This document shows, one piece after another, positions 55,701 to 64,000 of a stretch of 64,000 bases of DNA. A program made the position numbers and the translations under genes. Origin of the DNA: Candidatus Zipacnadia bacterium (GTDB lineage Bacteria; Armatimonadota; Zipacnadia; JALGUG01); assembly GCA_029820995.1 (NCBI GenBank), contig JALGUG010000010.1:9878-73877 (forward strand). The letters are read 5' to 3'. Positions within the stretch are counted from its first letter, which is position 1, and each line of letters opens with the position of its first letter. The notes under the pieces were generated by a model. The model saw nothing but the letters and a program-made list of their open reading frames with translations, had not been told where the DNA came from and did not search any database.

Positions 55701-56532
55701 CTGGGACCGGGGCGTCATGGCGCCCGACGCCAAGCGCATGGAGTTCGCGGGCCGCTTCTACGAGGACTTCTTCCAGATGGTCCTGCAGTCGGGCGCGAAC
55801 GGAACCGTGAACTGGTTCTATCCCGGCGGGTACCGGTACGGCGAACGCAGCGACTACGGCATCATCAGCCCGGACGGTTCCTGGCGGCCGACCAGCCGCG
55901 CGATACGCAAGTACGCCCGGCAAATCACCGCACCGCGAGAGCGCAAGCAGCCCACCAAGTGGCTCGCCATTGATCGCGATCAGCACGTGGACGGCCTTCG
56001 AGGGATCTATCGCGAGATCGAGAGCCAATTTTGGGAGGCGATTGAGGCCGGGGAGGTGCCGGGCCTGCGCACGCCGGGCTTCGGCCTCACGTCGGCGACG
56101 GCGCCGCCGGTCGCAGTGGGCAACACGCCCTATACCGGCAAAAACCCGCACAAGTTCTTGAACGCGGCCTTTGACCGCATCGAGATCAGGGAGGCCGCTG
56201 GGAAGTGGACGGCGCTGGAGAGCGGTGCCACCGTCAAGGTGAGAGCCGGCGCGCCGGTCCTGTGTCGTGCGCGCATCGGCAACAATGGGGAAGCGACCTG
56301 GCTGGCCGGCGACCAGGAGGGCGCCGTCTTCCTCTCCTGCCGCGAGCCGTCAACCATCCGGTTCCGCCGCCCTCTGCCGCGAAACGTCGCCTACATGGAG
56401 ACGATTGACCTGCCGGAGTTCCAACTGGCGCAGGGCATCACCAAGCCCGAGACCGTGGTCTTTGAGCTCACCGCCCTCAACCGCGCCTGGTTCGGCCGGC
56501 GCGTGCTGGTGCAGTTGGAGCCCCGGCACTGA
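52765..56532 (+). CDS. Large secreted clan GH-A glycoside hydrolase (GH5/GH42-like) with a CBM11-like module
   Basis: Signal peptide; HGTNYMP, RDL.RVKAMGMN.V, YDLAWEP (acid/base), PVLWAEFG (nucleophile), DYGII.PDG. Confidence 0.8.
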   Translation: MRSLALSACCLVAGAWCSFAADTSIRVLNPPDELVEGRAFKLVLKFELPDKLGRVRLHCELKNPKHIVLKSQAVVVQGAGTREFEFTAPQRSQEKEVLFAAWFGEDWRKSIGPIVHTDTVSIVTPEVLAMQQARHKDAEAWAQQHGKALREGSNVALLADDLPGMDQRLVAAVHDKLKSVGLNVVPLDARAAANEFILDPERFQLLVLTNSAVFPATGDRAIRKFLRGGGDIIALGAPAFTTPVAPIGDEWLSEEQIRERLAQVKPEHILIDFEQGGLEGWHRSTNRPESPSKLSIEQPGAAGSGRCLHAHLPDFTGWDNWSPPKLTRPFPADHSLTTFWAKGGPDTTSLAVEWREQDGSRWIATVPLSTEWRHYAVAPYEFRYWHDSPTKNRGGAGDEFRPEHAASLSIGLATTHTRIRTGEHDFWLDQIGTARNPFGPLPRPAEFAVPPVEMLTPGYKFYPVTTAARLATSDKQCLLENAVLPLPDQIGSVHARPQATGYHKERKWRFIPLLEAFDRSGEVVGTPAALVLHRTGRYAQAAIASFAFPNQDFYLQKPLPDLIAALARRMVDGAFLWEGGAEYYAYFPGEPVRLGARVAELGSTPAGDQHVRFTVMAEGRSVFERSLPVRDHVAECVWQPGRFDSDTYQVTVEYLVGDSRRDLLRHELLVWRPKQHPEYLQVRDGDFYLHGQKWYAHGTNYMPSSEIGIEDGEYFEYWLDPQPYDPVVIQRDLQRVKAMGMNMVSIFCYYRSLQSRNLLDILTRCRRLGLMVNLSLRPGTPLDFRWEEMKALIEAYRLAENDTVFAYDLAWEPHWRGYNQRKRWDGAWEKWIIERYGSLANAEADWKMPAPRAEGKVTGPSDEQITKDGPWRVMVAAYRRFLDDLLDQAHARANGLVKSIDPHHLTSFRMSIAGDPTANPVSMGYDFRGLARTVDIMEPEGYGRIGDWERVKPGRFTAAYAHCVAPGRPVLWAEFGYSVWDRGVMAPDAKRMEFAGRFYEDFFQMVLQSGANGTVNWFYPGGYRYGERSDYGIISPDGSWRPTSRAIRKYARQITAPRERKQPTKWLAIDRDQHVDGLRGIYREIESQFWEAIEAGEVPGLRTPGFGLTSATAPPVAVGNTPYTGKNPHKFLNAAFDRIEIREAAGKWTALESGATVKVRAGAPVLCRARIGNNGEATWLAGDQEGAVFLSCREPSTIRFRRPLPRNVAYMETIDLPEFQLAQGITKPETVVFELTALNRAWFGRRVLVQLEPRH

Positions 56533-57010
56533 CTTACGATCGGTCGCATGGGGCAAGCTGATTGCAACGTCATGCTAGGTCGGCTGTTCCCCGCGGCCTA
56601 TCCGCTTTGCGCGCACCGGGTGCTGCGCGCTGCCAGCAGTGACTTCGCGCCGCATATCCGGCATCCCGAGGGCCGAGCGGACGGCACGAGGCGGAGGCTC
56701 CGCGCAAGAACAACAGCTCGTAGGCCAAGGGGAGCCTGGGAAGGCACGAGTACCGGATGTGCTCGTGGCGCGGGTGGCACCGTCACATCAGGTTGGTGAT
56801 TCTGGCTCATCATTCTCCTGGTCCGCTTCAAGCTCCGACACAAAAGGGGGCACCGGCGCTCAAGCTCAATCAAGCCTGCGCCCTGCCAAGGCTCGACCTG
56901 TCATGCCGGCTGCTAAGGCCGCCCGAGCCCATCGAACTGCTTCGCCACATCCAACGCCACAACCACAGGGCCAAGATCGCCCCTCTGACCGAGCCTTGTA
57001 CGGGGGGCGC

Positions 57011-57661
57011 TCAGGACTTCTGGGCGAGGAGGATGCACTCGTCGAGCCAGAAGCGGGCGACGAAGCGCATCTCTCTGAGCTCCAGGCCCGCGGCGGCCAG
57101 CTCGGCGCGCAGGCCCTCAGTACTGAGGGCCTTACGGCGGTGCTTGCGGCGTTTGCGGCCCCGAAACAGGCTCAGGAAGCGATTGAAGGCGTGCTCGAGC
57201 GAGAGCGAGTGATGCGCGTCCACGATGACCGGCCCCCGGGAGACGCGCGCCAGCTCGGAGAGCACCCGCGCGCGAACGGGGTCGGGCAGGTGGCGCAGCA
57301 AGCGGAAGGCGCAGACGGCGTCGAAGGTTCGGTCCGCGAAGGGAAGATGCTCGGCCTCGCCGCACAGCAGACCTGCAAGCATGCCTTCGCCCGCCAGCTT
57401 TTCGCGGGCCCGAGCCAACATGGCCTCCGAGATATCGAGGCCGATGCCGCGCCGATTCCGATCGAGAATTACCCTCAGCCCTTTGCCGGTCCCGCAGGCG
57501 ACATCCAGCACCAGGCCCCCCTCGGGCACTTCCGACAAGAACTCGGCAAGAGCTGCCTGTTCCTTGCGCCCGATCAGCCGATGGCGGAAGGAGGTTTCTC
57601 GATGGCGATCGTAGCTTCGGCCATCAGTGTAGCGAGTCCTGGCCGCATATTCGGGCGCCAT
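57011..57661 (-). CDS. Class I SAM-dependent methyltransferase
   Basis: VLDVACGTG, GLDISEAML, AEHLPFADRTFD, ELARVSR. Confidence 0.9.
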   Translation of the reverse strand: MAPEYAARTRYTDGRSYDRHRETSFRHRLIGRKEQAALAEFLSEVPEGGLVLDVACGTGKGLRVILDRNRRGIGLDISEAMLARAREKLAGEGMLAGLLCGEAEHLPFADRTFDAVCAFRLLRHLPDPVRARVLSELARVSRGPVIVDAHHSLSLEHAFNRFLSLFRGRKRRKHRRKALSTEGLRAELAAAGLELREMRFVARFWLDECILLAQKS

Positions 57662-57923
57662 GCATGACCCTCATCTCGTTTGAATACAGCCCATCTTCGT
57701 CAAGTTTGTAGTGGACGCCTTTGTTCGGGTTGGGCGAGGCGAAACCGGCCCTCGAAGCGCGATATCGCCTTCGAAGTCGACGAAAAAGACTCGGACCGCT
57801 ATTGCCTCTTGGTGTGGTTTAAGGGTATTATGCCACGGCGTGTCCGGCTGGTCGGGATGGCAGCCATCGCAAGGACGCAGCACAAACCGCAGCATACTAC
57901 ACAGACAAAGTGAGGGAAACGCT

Positions 57924-59144
57924 ATGGCAGCCGAGAGCAAGACTGCGCGGTGGTTGGTCCTCTTCTTCGTCCCCTTGCTCGCCTTTCCTGTGTTGGCCAA
58001 GACGGTTCTGAAGCCCCCGCCTCCCGTTACCGACTACCACACTGAGATCGTCAAGTCAAACGACCACACGACCGAAACGGTACTCACGTTCACCTCGCCC
58101 AAACCGTCAGGCGAGCCGGCTAACGACCGCGTGCGCGCCACGGTATTCCAGACAGCGGCGAAGGGGCCGACGCCGGCCGTAATCGTCCTTCACGGTTTGA
58201 AGATGGGCCGGACGCCGCTGGAAGAGCGGCTCTGCCGAGAACTGAACCGGCGGGGCATCACGGCGCTGCTGATGGAACTCCCGTACCACATGTCGCGCAC
58301 ACCCCCCGGCATGAAGAGCGGGGAGGTCTTCACCTCGGGCGAGTTCCGGGACACCAGCAAGGCACTGGAGCAGGCCATCGCCGACGTTTCCGCTTGCGCC
58401 GACTGGTTAGCGGATCAGCCGAACATTGACGGCTCGAAGCTGGGAATTGTCGGCATCAGCCTGGGAGCGATCGTCGGGCTGTCCGCCAGCCAGCATGTGC
58501 CGCGGATTGCGGCCTGCGTGTCGCTGCTGGGCTCGGGCGATCTGCCCTATATCTACAAGCGAGGTTGGATCACGGCGGCAAAGTATATCCAGGTGCGCAA
58601 GCGGGGCGTTACCACGGAGACGATGAAGAACTGGCTGGGCGACATTGACCCCTTGTATTGTGCGGGCAAGAACCCCAATTGCAAGGTGTACATGATCGCC
58701 GCCCGTCACGACCCGATCATCCCTCCCGCGGCAACGAAACGCACCTGGGTGGCCTTCGGACGGCCGCCGATTACCTGGCTGAATTCAGGCCACCACTCGG
58801 CATTTCTGGCGGTCACGAAAATGTTCGCGGCTGCGGGGAAGTTCTTTGAGTGCACCTTTGGCCTCGTGGACCAGGAATTCAAGGCGCCGACAATCCGCTG
58901 TCCGCATCTGCGTGTCGGGTTCATGCGCGACGACGACTGGAACATCAGTCCCAGCATGATTCTGGGCCTATACCCGGTGGACAAGAACGGCTGGGTGGTG
59001 TGCGACCTGGGTGTGTGGATTCAGGGCACCTTCGCCGGCGTCTCGCTGCACCCCTGGAAGCGCATATCGGTGGGCTACGGGTATCCGCTTACCGGGAAAC
59101 TGGACAATGGGTTTATCTACGCTGATACCAGTGTGATCTTCTAG
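57924..59144 (+). CDS. Secreted alpha/beta hydrolase with beta-rich C-terminal tail
   Basis: Signal peptide, VLHG, LPYH..R.P, GISLG nucleophile, HDPII, SGHH. Confidence 0.85.
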   Translation: MAAESKTARWLVLFFVPLLAFPVLAKTVLKPPPPVTDYHTEIVKSNDHTTETVLTFTSPKPSGEPANDRVRATVFQTAAKGPTPAVIVLHGLKMGRTPLEERLCRELNRRGITALLMELPYHMSRTPPGMKSGEVFTSGEFRDTSKALEQAIADVSACADWLADQPNIDGSKLGIVGISLGAIVGLSASQHVPRIAACVSLLGSGDLPYIYKRGWITAAKYIQVRKRGVTTETMKNWLGDIDPLYCAGKNPNCKVYMIAARHDPIIPPAATKRTWVAFGRPPITWLNSGHHSAFLAVTKMFAAAGKFFECTFGLVDQEFKAPTIRCPHLRVGFMRDDDWNISPSMILGLYPVDKNGWVVCDLGVWIQGTFAGVSLHPWKRISVGYGYPLTGKLDNGFIYADTSVIF

Positions 59145-59182
59145 TGCCGGCACCTGCTCGCGCGCTAGCAATTGCGTACCCC

Positions 59183-59221
59183 CGGGGAAGCCCACGCAGA
59201 TCGGGCTTCCCCGCCGCTTTG
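59183..59221 (+). terminator. Stem-loop, probable terminator
   Basis: CGGGGAAGCCC-acgcagatc-GGGCTTCCCCG with a weak T tail. Confidence 0.55.
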
Positions 59222-59396
59222 ATTCGGTGCTCGCCGGTTCACCCATGCACGAGCGGCAGGAACCATCGCCCCTGCCCTTGAATAGTCCGGACGACGAGAA
59301 CAAAAGCATGTGAGATGCCGCGAGCCATTTTCGGTTCTCCGCAAAGCGGAAGATCACGAGCGTGGAGTGAGTATGCTGTGTCTGGGGGTGGCGACC

Positions 59397-62300
59397 ATGA
59401 GGCCGCTGTATGTTGGCTTGTTGTGGTTAGTATGGACTGCCGGGACCAGCGCGGCGGACCTGGACGAGTTCTTGCAGGTCCGTGAGCCGGAAGCGCAGCC
59501 TGTGAGGCGCACCGCGATTGATCTGTCGGGACGGGAGACCTGCCGTGGCGGCATGCATACGGGTCACCAGGTGATGAAGGCGCGGCTGCCGCGGCTCAAG
59601 CTGGGACGGGTCCCGTACGGGCTGCGCTACAATCTGTGCTTCGACCGCCAGGCGCACCCCAGAATGCGCCAGTGCTGGCCGCGCGAGGGGTACAGCGGCC
59701 TGGGCCTGGAAGCGCCGACGGGCTGCAACTTCTATGGCGGAGGCTTTCTCGACGTGCTCCTGGACGGGGCTTCGGTCGGGCCGTACCTTGCCTCAGTCGA
59801 GCATCGCGTGTTCGAGGGGCGCGAGAGCCTCGTGTTCTCATGGGACCTGCCGGTCGGGAAGGTGGAGCTAACCTTCAGCGTGCAGGCGGGGGATGACCGC
59901 CTCCTCGTGACGGGACACCTAGAGCCTGCGAACCGCCGAGCGCGGGCACAGGTGCGGCTCAACTGCTTCCCCAGCGGCTTCAGGGAGCCCCGCGACCGCT
60001 GGATCACCACAGCGTACCGCGAATTGCGCCACAGGGCTACGGTCACGCTCCAGCCGGAGGAGTACTGGGTACTGTTCTGGGACAAAATCCTCGACGAGGC
60101 GCTGAGGCCCAAGGAATCCGCGGGGCCCGCGGGGCTGATGTTCTCGCCGACGGAGGTGCGGCGGGCGAAAGTGAAGGTCGGCGATTACGCCATCACCACC
60201 GAGCTCAATCTGGCGCCGTACTGTCGGGACTTCCATCTGGCACTGTGGGAATTCAAGGACACGCCCAACACCCGGGCGCTGGCGCGGCTGCAGGAGGTGA
60301 CGCGCGACTTGACCGTAGCTGAGACCAGTATCAAGGTCGCCGCCGGCCCTCCCCGGATGCTCGCCAAGGGCGGGCAGGCCACTGCGACCATCATCCTGCC
60401 GAAGGTGCCGCGCTCGGGCGAGCAACTTGCCGCCCAGGAGCTGCAGGACTACCTGTACGCAATCAGCGACGCCCTGCTGCCAATCAGACGGGGCGAAGTG
60501 CGAACGGAGGGCAACCGGCTGCTGATCGGGCGCACGGCGCAGGGCCTCCCGAGCAGGGAGCTCGGCCGGGAAGGCTTCGTGCTCAGGACCCGTGGACGCG
60601 ACATCATCGTGGCGGGAGGCGGCGACGCGGGGACGCTGTATGCCGCCTACGAGCTACTGGAGCGGCTGGGGTGCCGCTGGGTCATGCCGGGGCCGCTGGG
60701 CGAAGTCATCCCGCGGAAGGAGACCGTGCGTCTGCCCGAACTGGACGTCACGGAGCGTCCCGATTTCCCGATGCGCTGGGTCGGGCAGGGCCTGTGGTCG
60801 CTGCGCAATAAGGGCAATCACGCGGATGAGGGCTACCCTCGGTTCAACGTTCAGCCGGGCATCTATCACTCGCAATATCGGCTGCTGCCCCACAAAGAAC
60901 TTTTCCCAAAGCACCCGGAGTACTTCGCTCTATACAAGGGTCAGCGCCTGGACCATCCGGACGCCAAGCCGTGCACCTCGAACCCCGAGGTCGTCAAAGT
61001 CGTCGCCGCCAACATGGCCAAGATGTTGGATGCCGACCCCTCGATTGACCTGATTTCGCTGTCGCCCACCGATGGATCGTACTACTGCGAGTGCCCCAAC
61101 TGCACGGCCCTGGACGAACCCGACTGCCCGCACGACCAGAAGATGTCGCGGCGCATGCTGGTCTTCTACAACGCGGTGGCGCGGGAACTGGCCCGGACGC
61201 ATCCCAAGGTGAAGATCCTGGCGGGAGCGTACCACGTGTACAATCGCCCGCCCAAAGACCAGTCGCTCAAGGCCGACCCGCACCTGGCCGTGGTGATCTG
61301 TCATTACACCGACTACTGCTCGATGCACGCCATTGACGACGAAACTTGCCCGCGGAACGTGGAGTACCGGCGCTTGCTGGAGGCGTGGCAGAACCTGATC
61401 CCGGACGTGTACTTCTATGAGTACTACCACACGGACGGGTTCCGGCAGATGCCCTGCAATCTGGTGCACGCCATCCGCCGCGACATCCCTTTCTTTCACC
61501 GGCAGGGCTACAAGGGCCTCTACACCCAGTACGGATCACAGTGGACAACCTTCCTGAACTACTACATCGCCGCGCGTCTGTTGTGGGACGTGGACACCGA
61601 TGTGGACGCGGTGCTCGATGATCTCTACGGGAAGTTCTTTCGACGAGCTGCGGCGCCAATGAAGGCGTACTTCACGGCTGTGGACCAGGCTCTGGAGCAG
61701 ACGGAGCTGCATCTGTGCACCTGCTCGTTGGTGGGCCATGACCCGCGAAAGCTGTTCCCACCCGAGCTACGGGTGAAGTTTCGCGCCTGGGCGGCCGAGG
61801 CGCAGCAGCTTGCGCAGGAAGACCTGGTGAAGCGGCGGGTGGCGAAGGTGGCGGCGAGTGTGGAGTATGTGGACCGCTACTGTGACTACCTGAACTGGCG
61901 GGAGAAGGCCACTCAGGCGACGGATGCAGCGGAGCGGCGGACCGCGGCAGCAAAGGCCCTGGCGCTGATCGAGAGGCTGCATGAGGAAGTCCAAAGCGAC
62001 CGGGAAAAGTGGGGTGACGTGGTCAGCCCGGCATCGTACCATTGGCGGTACGATCTGAGGGCGATGCGGAAGTGGGCCGCCCGGTCGAACGCGTTGCCGG
62101 GAAAGAAGCTCGCTGAACTGCCGGCGGTCTGGCGGTTCAGTCTCGATCGCGAGAACGTCGGCGAACAGCAGGAGTGGTTCCAGCCCGGGCTCGACGACGG
62201 GTCGTGGGCGGAGATTCGCGTCGGCAAGCACTGGGAGGACCAGGGCTACGCTGATTACGACGGATACGCGTGGTACCGGACGACCTTCGTGGTGACGCCG

Positions 62301-62537
62301 GAGCAGGCACAGCAGAGGCTGGGGCTGTACTTCGGTGGTGTGGATGCGACGGCGTGGGTGTACTGGAATGGGAAGCTGCTGGGCCGGCACGAGGGGTGGG
62401 ACGAGCCCTTTCACCTGGCGCTACCGCCGCGAGAGATCCGGACCGACGAGCCGAACTCGATAGCGGTGCGAGTGTTCGACACCGCGGCCAAGGGCGGCAT
62501 CTATGCCCCTGTCTTGTTGCTGCGTCTCGATCGCTGA
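59397..62537 (+). CDS. Secreted DUF4838-domain protein with C-terminal GH2-like sugar-binding domain
   Basis: AAQELQDYL..ISDA.L, GTLYAAYELLE.LG.RW..PG, HPEYFAL, PTDG..CECPNC, ARLLWD; C-terminal W.F..D..YDGYAWYR..FGGVD. Confidence 0.82.
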   Translation: MRPLYVGLLWLVWTAGTSAADLDEFLQVREPEAQPVRRTAIDLSGRETCRGGMHTGHQVMKARLPRLKLGRVPYGLRYNLCFDRQAHPRMRQCWPREGYSGLGLEAPTGCNFYGGGFLDVLLDGASVGPYLASVEHRVFEGRESLVFSWDLPVGKVELTFSVQAGDDRLLVTGHLEPANRRARAQVRLNCFPSGFREPRDRWITTAYRELRHRATVTLQPEEYWVLFWDKILDEALRPKESAGPAGLMFSPTEVRRAKVKVGDYAITTELNLAPYCRDFHLALWEFKDTPNTRALARLQEVTRDLTVAETSIKVAAGPPRMLAKGGQATATIILPKVPRSGEQLAAQELQDYLYAISDALLPIRRGEVRTEGNRLLIGRTAQGLPSRELGREGFVLRTRGRDIIVAGGGDAGTLYAAYELLERLGCRWVMPGPLGEVIPRKETVRLPELDVTERPDFPMRWVGQGLWSLRNKGNHADEGYPRFNVQPGIYHSQYRLLPHKELFPKHPEYFALYKGQRLDHPDAKPCTSNPEVVKVVAANMAKMLDADPSIDLISLSPTDGSYYCECPNCTALDEPDCPHDQKMSRRMLVFYNAVARELARTHPKVKILAGAYHVYNRPPKDQSLKADPHLAVVICHYTDYCSMHAIDDETCPRNVEYRRLLEAWQNLIPDVYFYEYYHTDGFRQMPCNLVHAIRRDIPFFHRQGYKGLYTQYGSQWTTFLNYYIAARLLWDVDTDVDAVLDDLYGKFFRRAAAPMKAYFTAVDQALEQTELHLCTCSLVGHDPRKLFPPELRVKFRAWAAEAQQLAQEDLVKRRVAKVAASVEYVDRYCDYLNWREKATQATDAAERRTAAAKALALIERLHEEVQSDREKWGDVVSPASYHWRYDLRAMRKWAARSNALPGKKLAELPAVWRFSLDRENVGEQQEWFQPGLDDGSWAEIRVGKHWEDQGYADYDGYAWYRTTFVVTPEQAQQRLGLYFGGVDATAWVYWNGKLLGRHEGWDEPFHLALPPREIRTDEPNSIAVRVFDTAAKGGIYAPVLLLRLDR

Positions 62538-62610
62538 CGCACCAGCAAGCCGGAAATCAACGCCTGCGTGAGACGCCTGTCGCTGCGCGGAGTTGGGAGA
62601 CGCTTGCTCG

Positions 62611-63894
62611 ATGACGCCAAGTAGTACTGAGGAGGCGCGAGAGATCGGGGGGACCCGCGCCGGAGTGCCCCAGCCCTTGCTGTGGATCGCCGCGCTGGCC
62701 GTCGTGCTGCGAGTCGGCGCCTCTGTTGCTGTTTCAGACTTCCGAGAGCCACGGACCTGGGAGTCCGGCCGGATTGCCGAGTACCTGGTCGGGGGGCAGG
62801 GCTATGCCTTCGATTGGGTGCGGGATGCTGAGGGCAAGCCAACGCCCAGCGCCCTCATGGCCCCCGGCTACGTGTTCTTCTTGGCAGCCTTCTATGCCCT
62901 ATTGGGACTGCCCGGGGCCTATGGGCCCATCTACATGACCCAGGCTCTCCTCGCCGGGCTGGCGTGCCTCGCTCTGGCGCGGGCAGCCGACGCAACCCTT
63001 GGACGACGCCCGGCCCTCATTGCCGCCTTGCTCTTCGCGCTCGCGCCCAATCTGATCTACATCTCGACTCAAATCATCCAAACGAACGCCGTGATCTGGA
63101 CTGTGCCGCTACTCCTTTGGGCCTGGGCTGTGCATCGCAACAGCAAGCCGTGGCTGGTCGGTATAGCTGCCGGGATTGCGATTCTCTGCGAGCCGCCGAC
63201 GGTGGTGCTGTTCGCCTGCTTGGCTGTGGGGATGGTCTTGGAAGGGCGAACGGAGCGGTCCCGGCCCGCCTGGCGCCGAGCGCTCGTCGCGGCGGGCGTT
63301 GCCGCGCTCGTGCTTTCCCCCTGGCAAATCCGCAACCAACTCGTCCTTGGGAGGTTCGTCTTCGTAAAATCAGTCGGCGGGTTCAACTTCTGGATCGGGA
63401 ACAACCCCCATGCCTCCGGCACGCTGTTTCTCCGACCATTCACCGGTACGCCGCGCAAGATGGTCTCCACGTTCCCCCGGGAGCTGAAACACGCTGCCAC
63501 TAGCGAGGTGGAACTGGATCGACTCTACCTGAGGGAGGCACTCCGTTGGGTTCGCGCGAATCCCGCTGCCTTCGTCTTGAAGGCTCCCCGGGTGTTCTGG
63601 TATTTCTTGTGGTGGAGTCCCGACTATGAGAAGAACCACCCGGGACGGCCGCCGCTGTGGCCGCTGAAGGTTTACTGGGGCGTCTGCTTGCTCCTGGGCC
63701 TGCTGGCCCTGGTGCGCCATTATGATCGAGCCCGTCCGTTCCTGCCGGCCATTGCCGGCGTCGTTCTGCTCGGGTGCTTCTATGCCTTCGTCTTCGTACT
63801 GCCCCGCTACCGAGTGCCCTTTGAGCTGGTCTGGTTCTGCCTCGCGGCCCTGCCCGTCGAGCGAGTCCTCAGCTCCGTGCAAGCTAGGGCCTAG
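62611..63894 (+). CDS. GT-C fold glycosyltransferase (PMT/ArnT-like, GT39/83)
   Basis: Multi-TM; IA..L..G.GY, PGY..FLA, PW.IRN, GFNFWIGNNP, PRYRVP. Confidence 0.82.
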   Translation: MTPSSTEEAREIGGTRAGVPQPLLWIAALAVVLRVGASVAVSDFREPRTWESGRIAEYLVGGQGYAFDWVRDAEGKPTPSALMAPGYVFFLAAFYALLGLPGAYGPIYMTQALLAGLACLALARAADATLGRRPALIAALLFALAPNLIYISTQIIQTNAVIWTVPLLLWAWAVHRNSKPWLVGIAAGIAILCEPPTVVLFACLAVGMVLEGRTERSRPAWRRALVAAGVAALVLSPWQIRNQLVLGRFVFVKSVGGFNFWIGNNPHASGTLFLRPFTGTPRKMVSTFPRELKHAATSEVELDRLYLREALRWVRANPAAFVLKAPRVFWYFLWWSPDYEKNHPGRPPLWPLKVYWGVCLLLGLLALVRHYDRARPFLPAIAGVVLLGCFYAFVFVLPRYRVPFELVWFCLAALPVERVLSSVQARA

Positions 63895-64000
63895 CTCGGC
63901 TAAGTCGCGCTCAAGGCAATGCGGGAAACAACTGTAACTGTGCCCTGCGGACGCAGAAGGCGTCGTAATCAACCCCTTCGTGAGCCCGGCCCGAGAAGAC

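Noticed and set aside
53809-56151. 780-aa minus-strand ORF (likewise 5485..6774, 43402..44775, 27905..28984, 33335..34342)
   Set aside because: Stop-poor antisense frames typical of high-GC genes; no motifs.
56598-56873. Small minus-strand ORF with CRICG..RCAQSG, resembling a degenerate zinc ribbon
   Set aside because: The fourth Cys is missing and the composition is unconvincing; at most a gene remnant.
1-64000. CRISPR arrays, tRNA/rRNA, transposases, prophage or recognisable anti-phage defence genes
   Set aside because: No regularly spaced repeat array, cloverleaf or hallmark protein motifs were seen by eye.

Overview
GC-rich bacterial chromosomal window with about 42 protein-coding genes. 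It contains no rRNA, tRNA, CRISPR array, transposase or prophage genes. A Gram-positive-type LexA/SOS box, a murA-mreB(mbl) pair and many large secreted carbohydrate-active proteins suggest an Armatimonadota-like lineage (inference only). Housekeeping genes are lexA, murA, mreB/mbl, thrB and alr. Most notable features: (1) a rewired phage-shock-like locus, where a sigma54-promoter pspA-pspA-nfeD-flotillin operon faces a soluble TPR histidine kinase and a receiver-fused PspF-like activator that has NAFDGA for GAFTGA, lacks the PspA-binding Trp and has a broken 3' end; (2) an operon joining a membrane spermidine-synthase-like protein, a Tat-signal AmrS radical SAM enzyme, an exported HEAT protein and a GH105-like pseudoenzyme; (3) a TPR membrane receptor with two tandem pseudokinase domains; (4) a candidate ~105-nt sRNA with a C-rich loop, UNCG tetraloop and terminator, next to a Clp1-like RNA kinase; (5) four copies of an ~81-bp MITE-like element, each overlapping a TAG stop codon. 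All calls come from motifs read by eye; no database searches were run.
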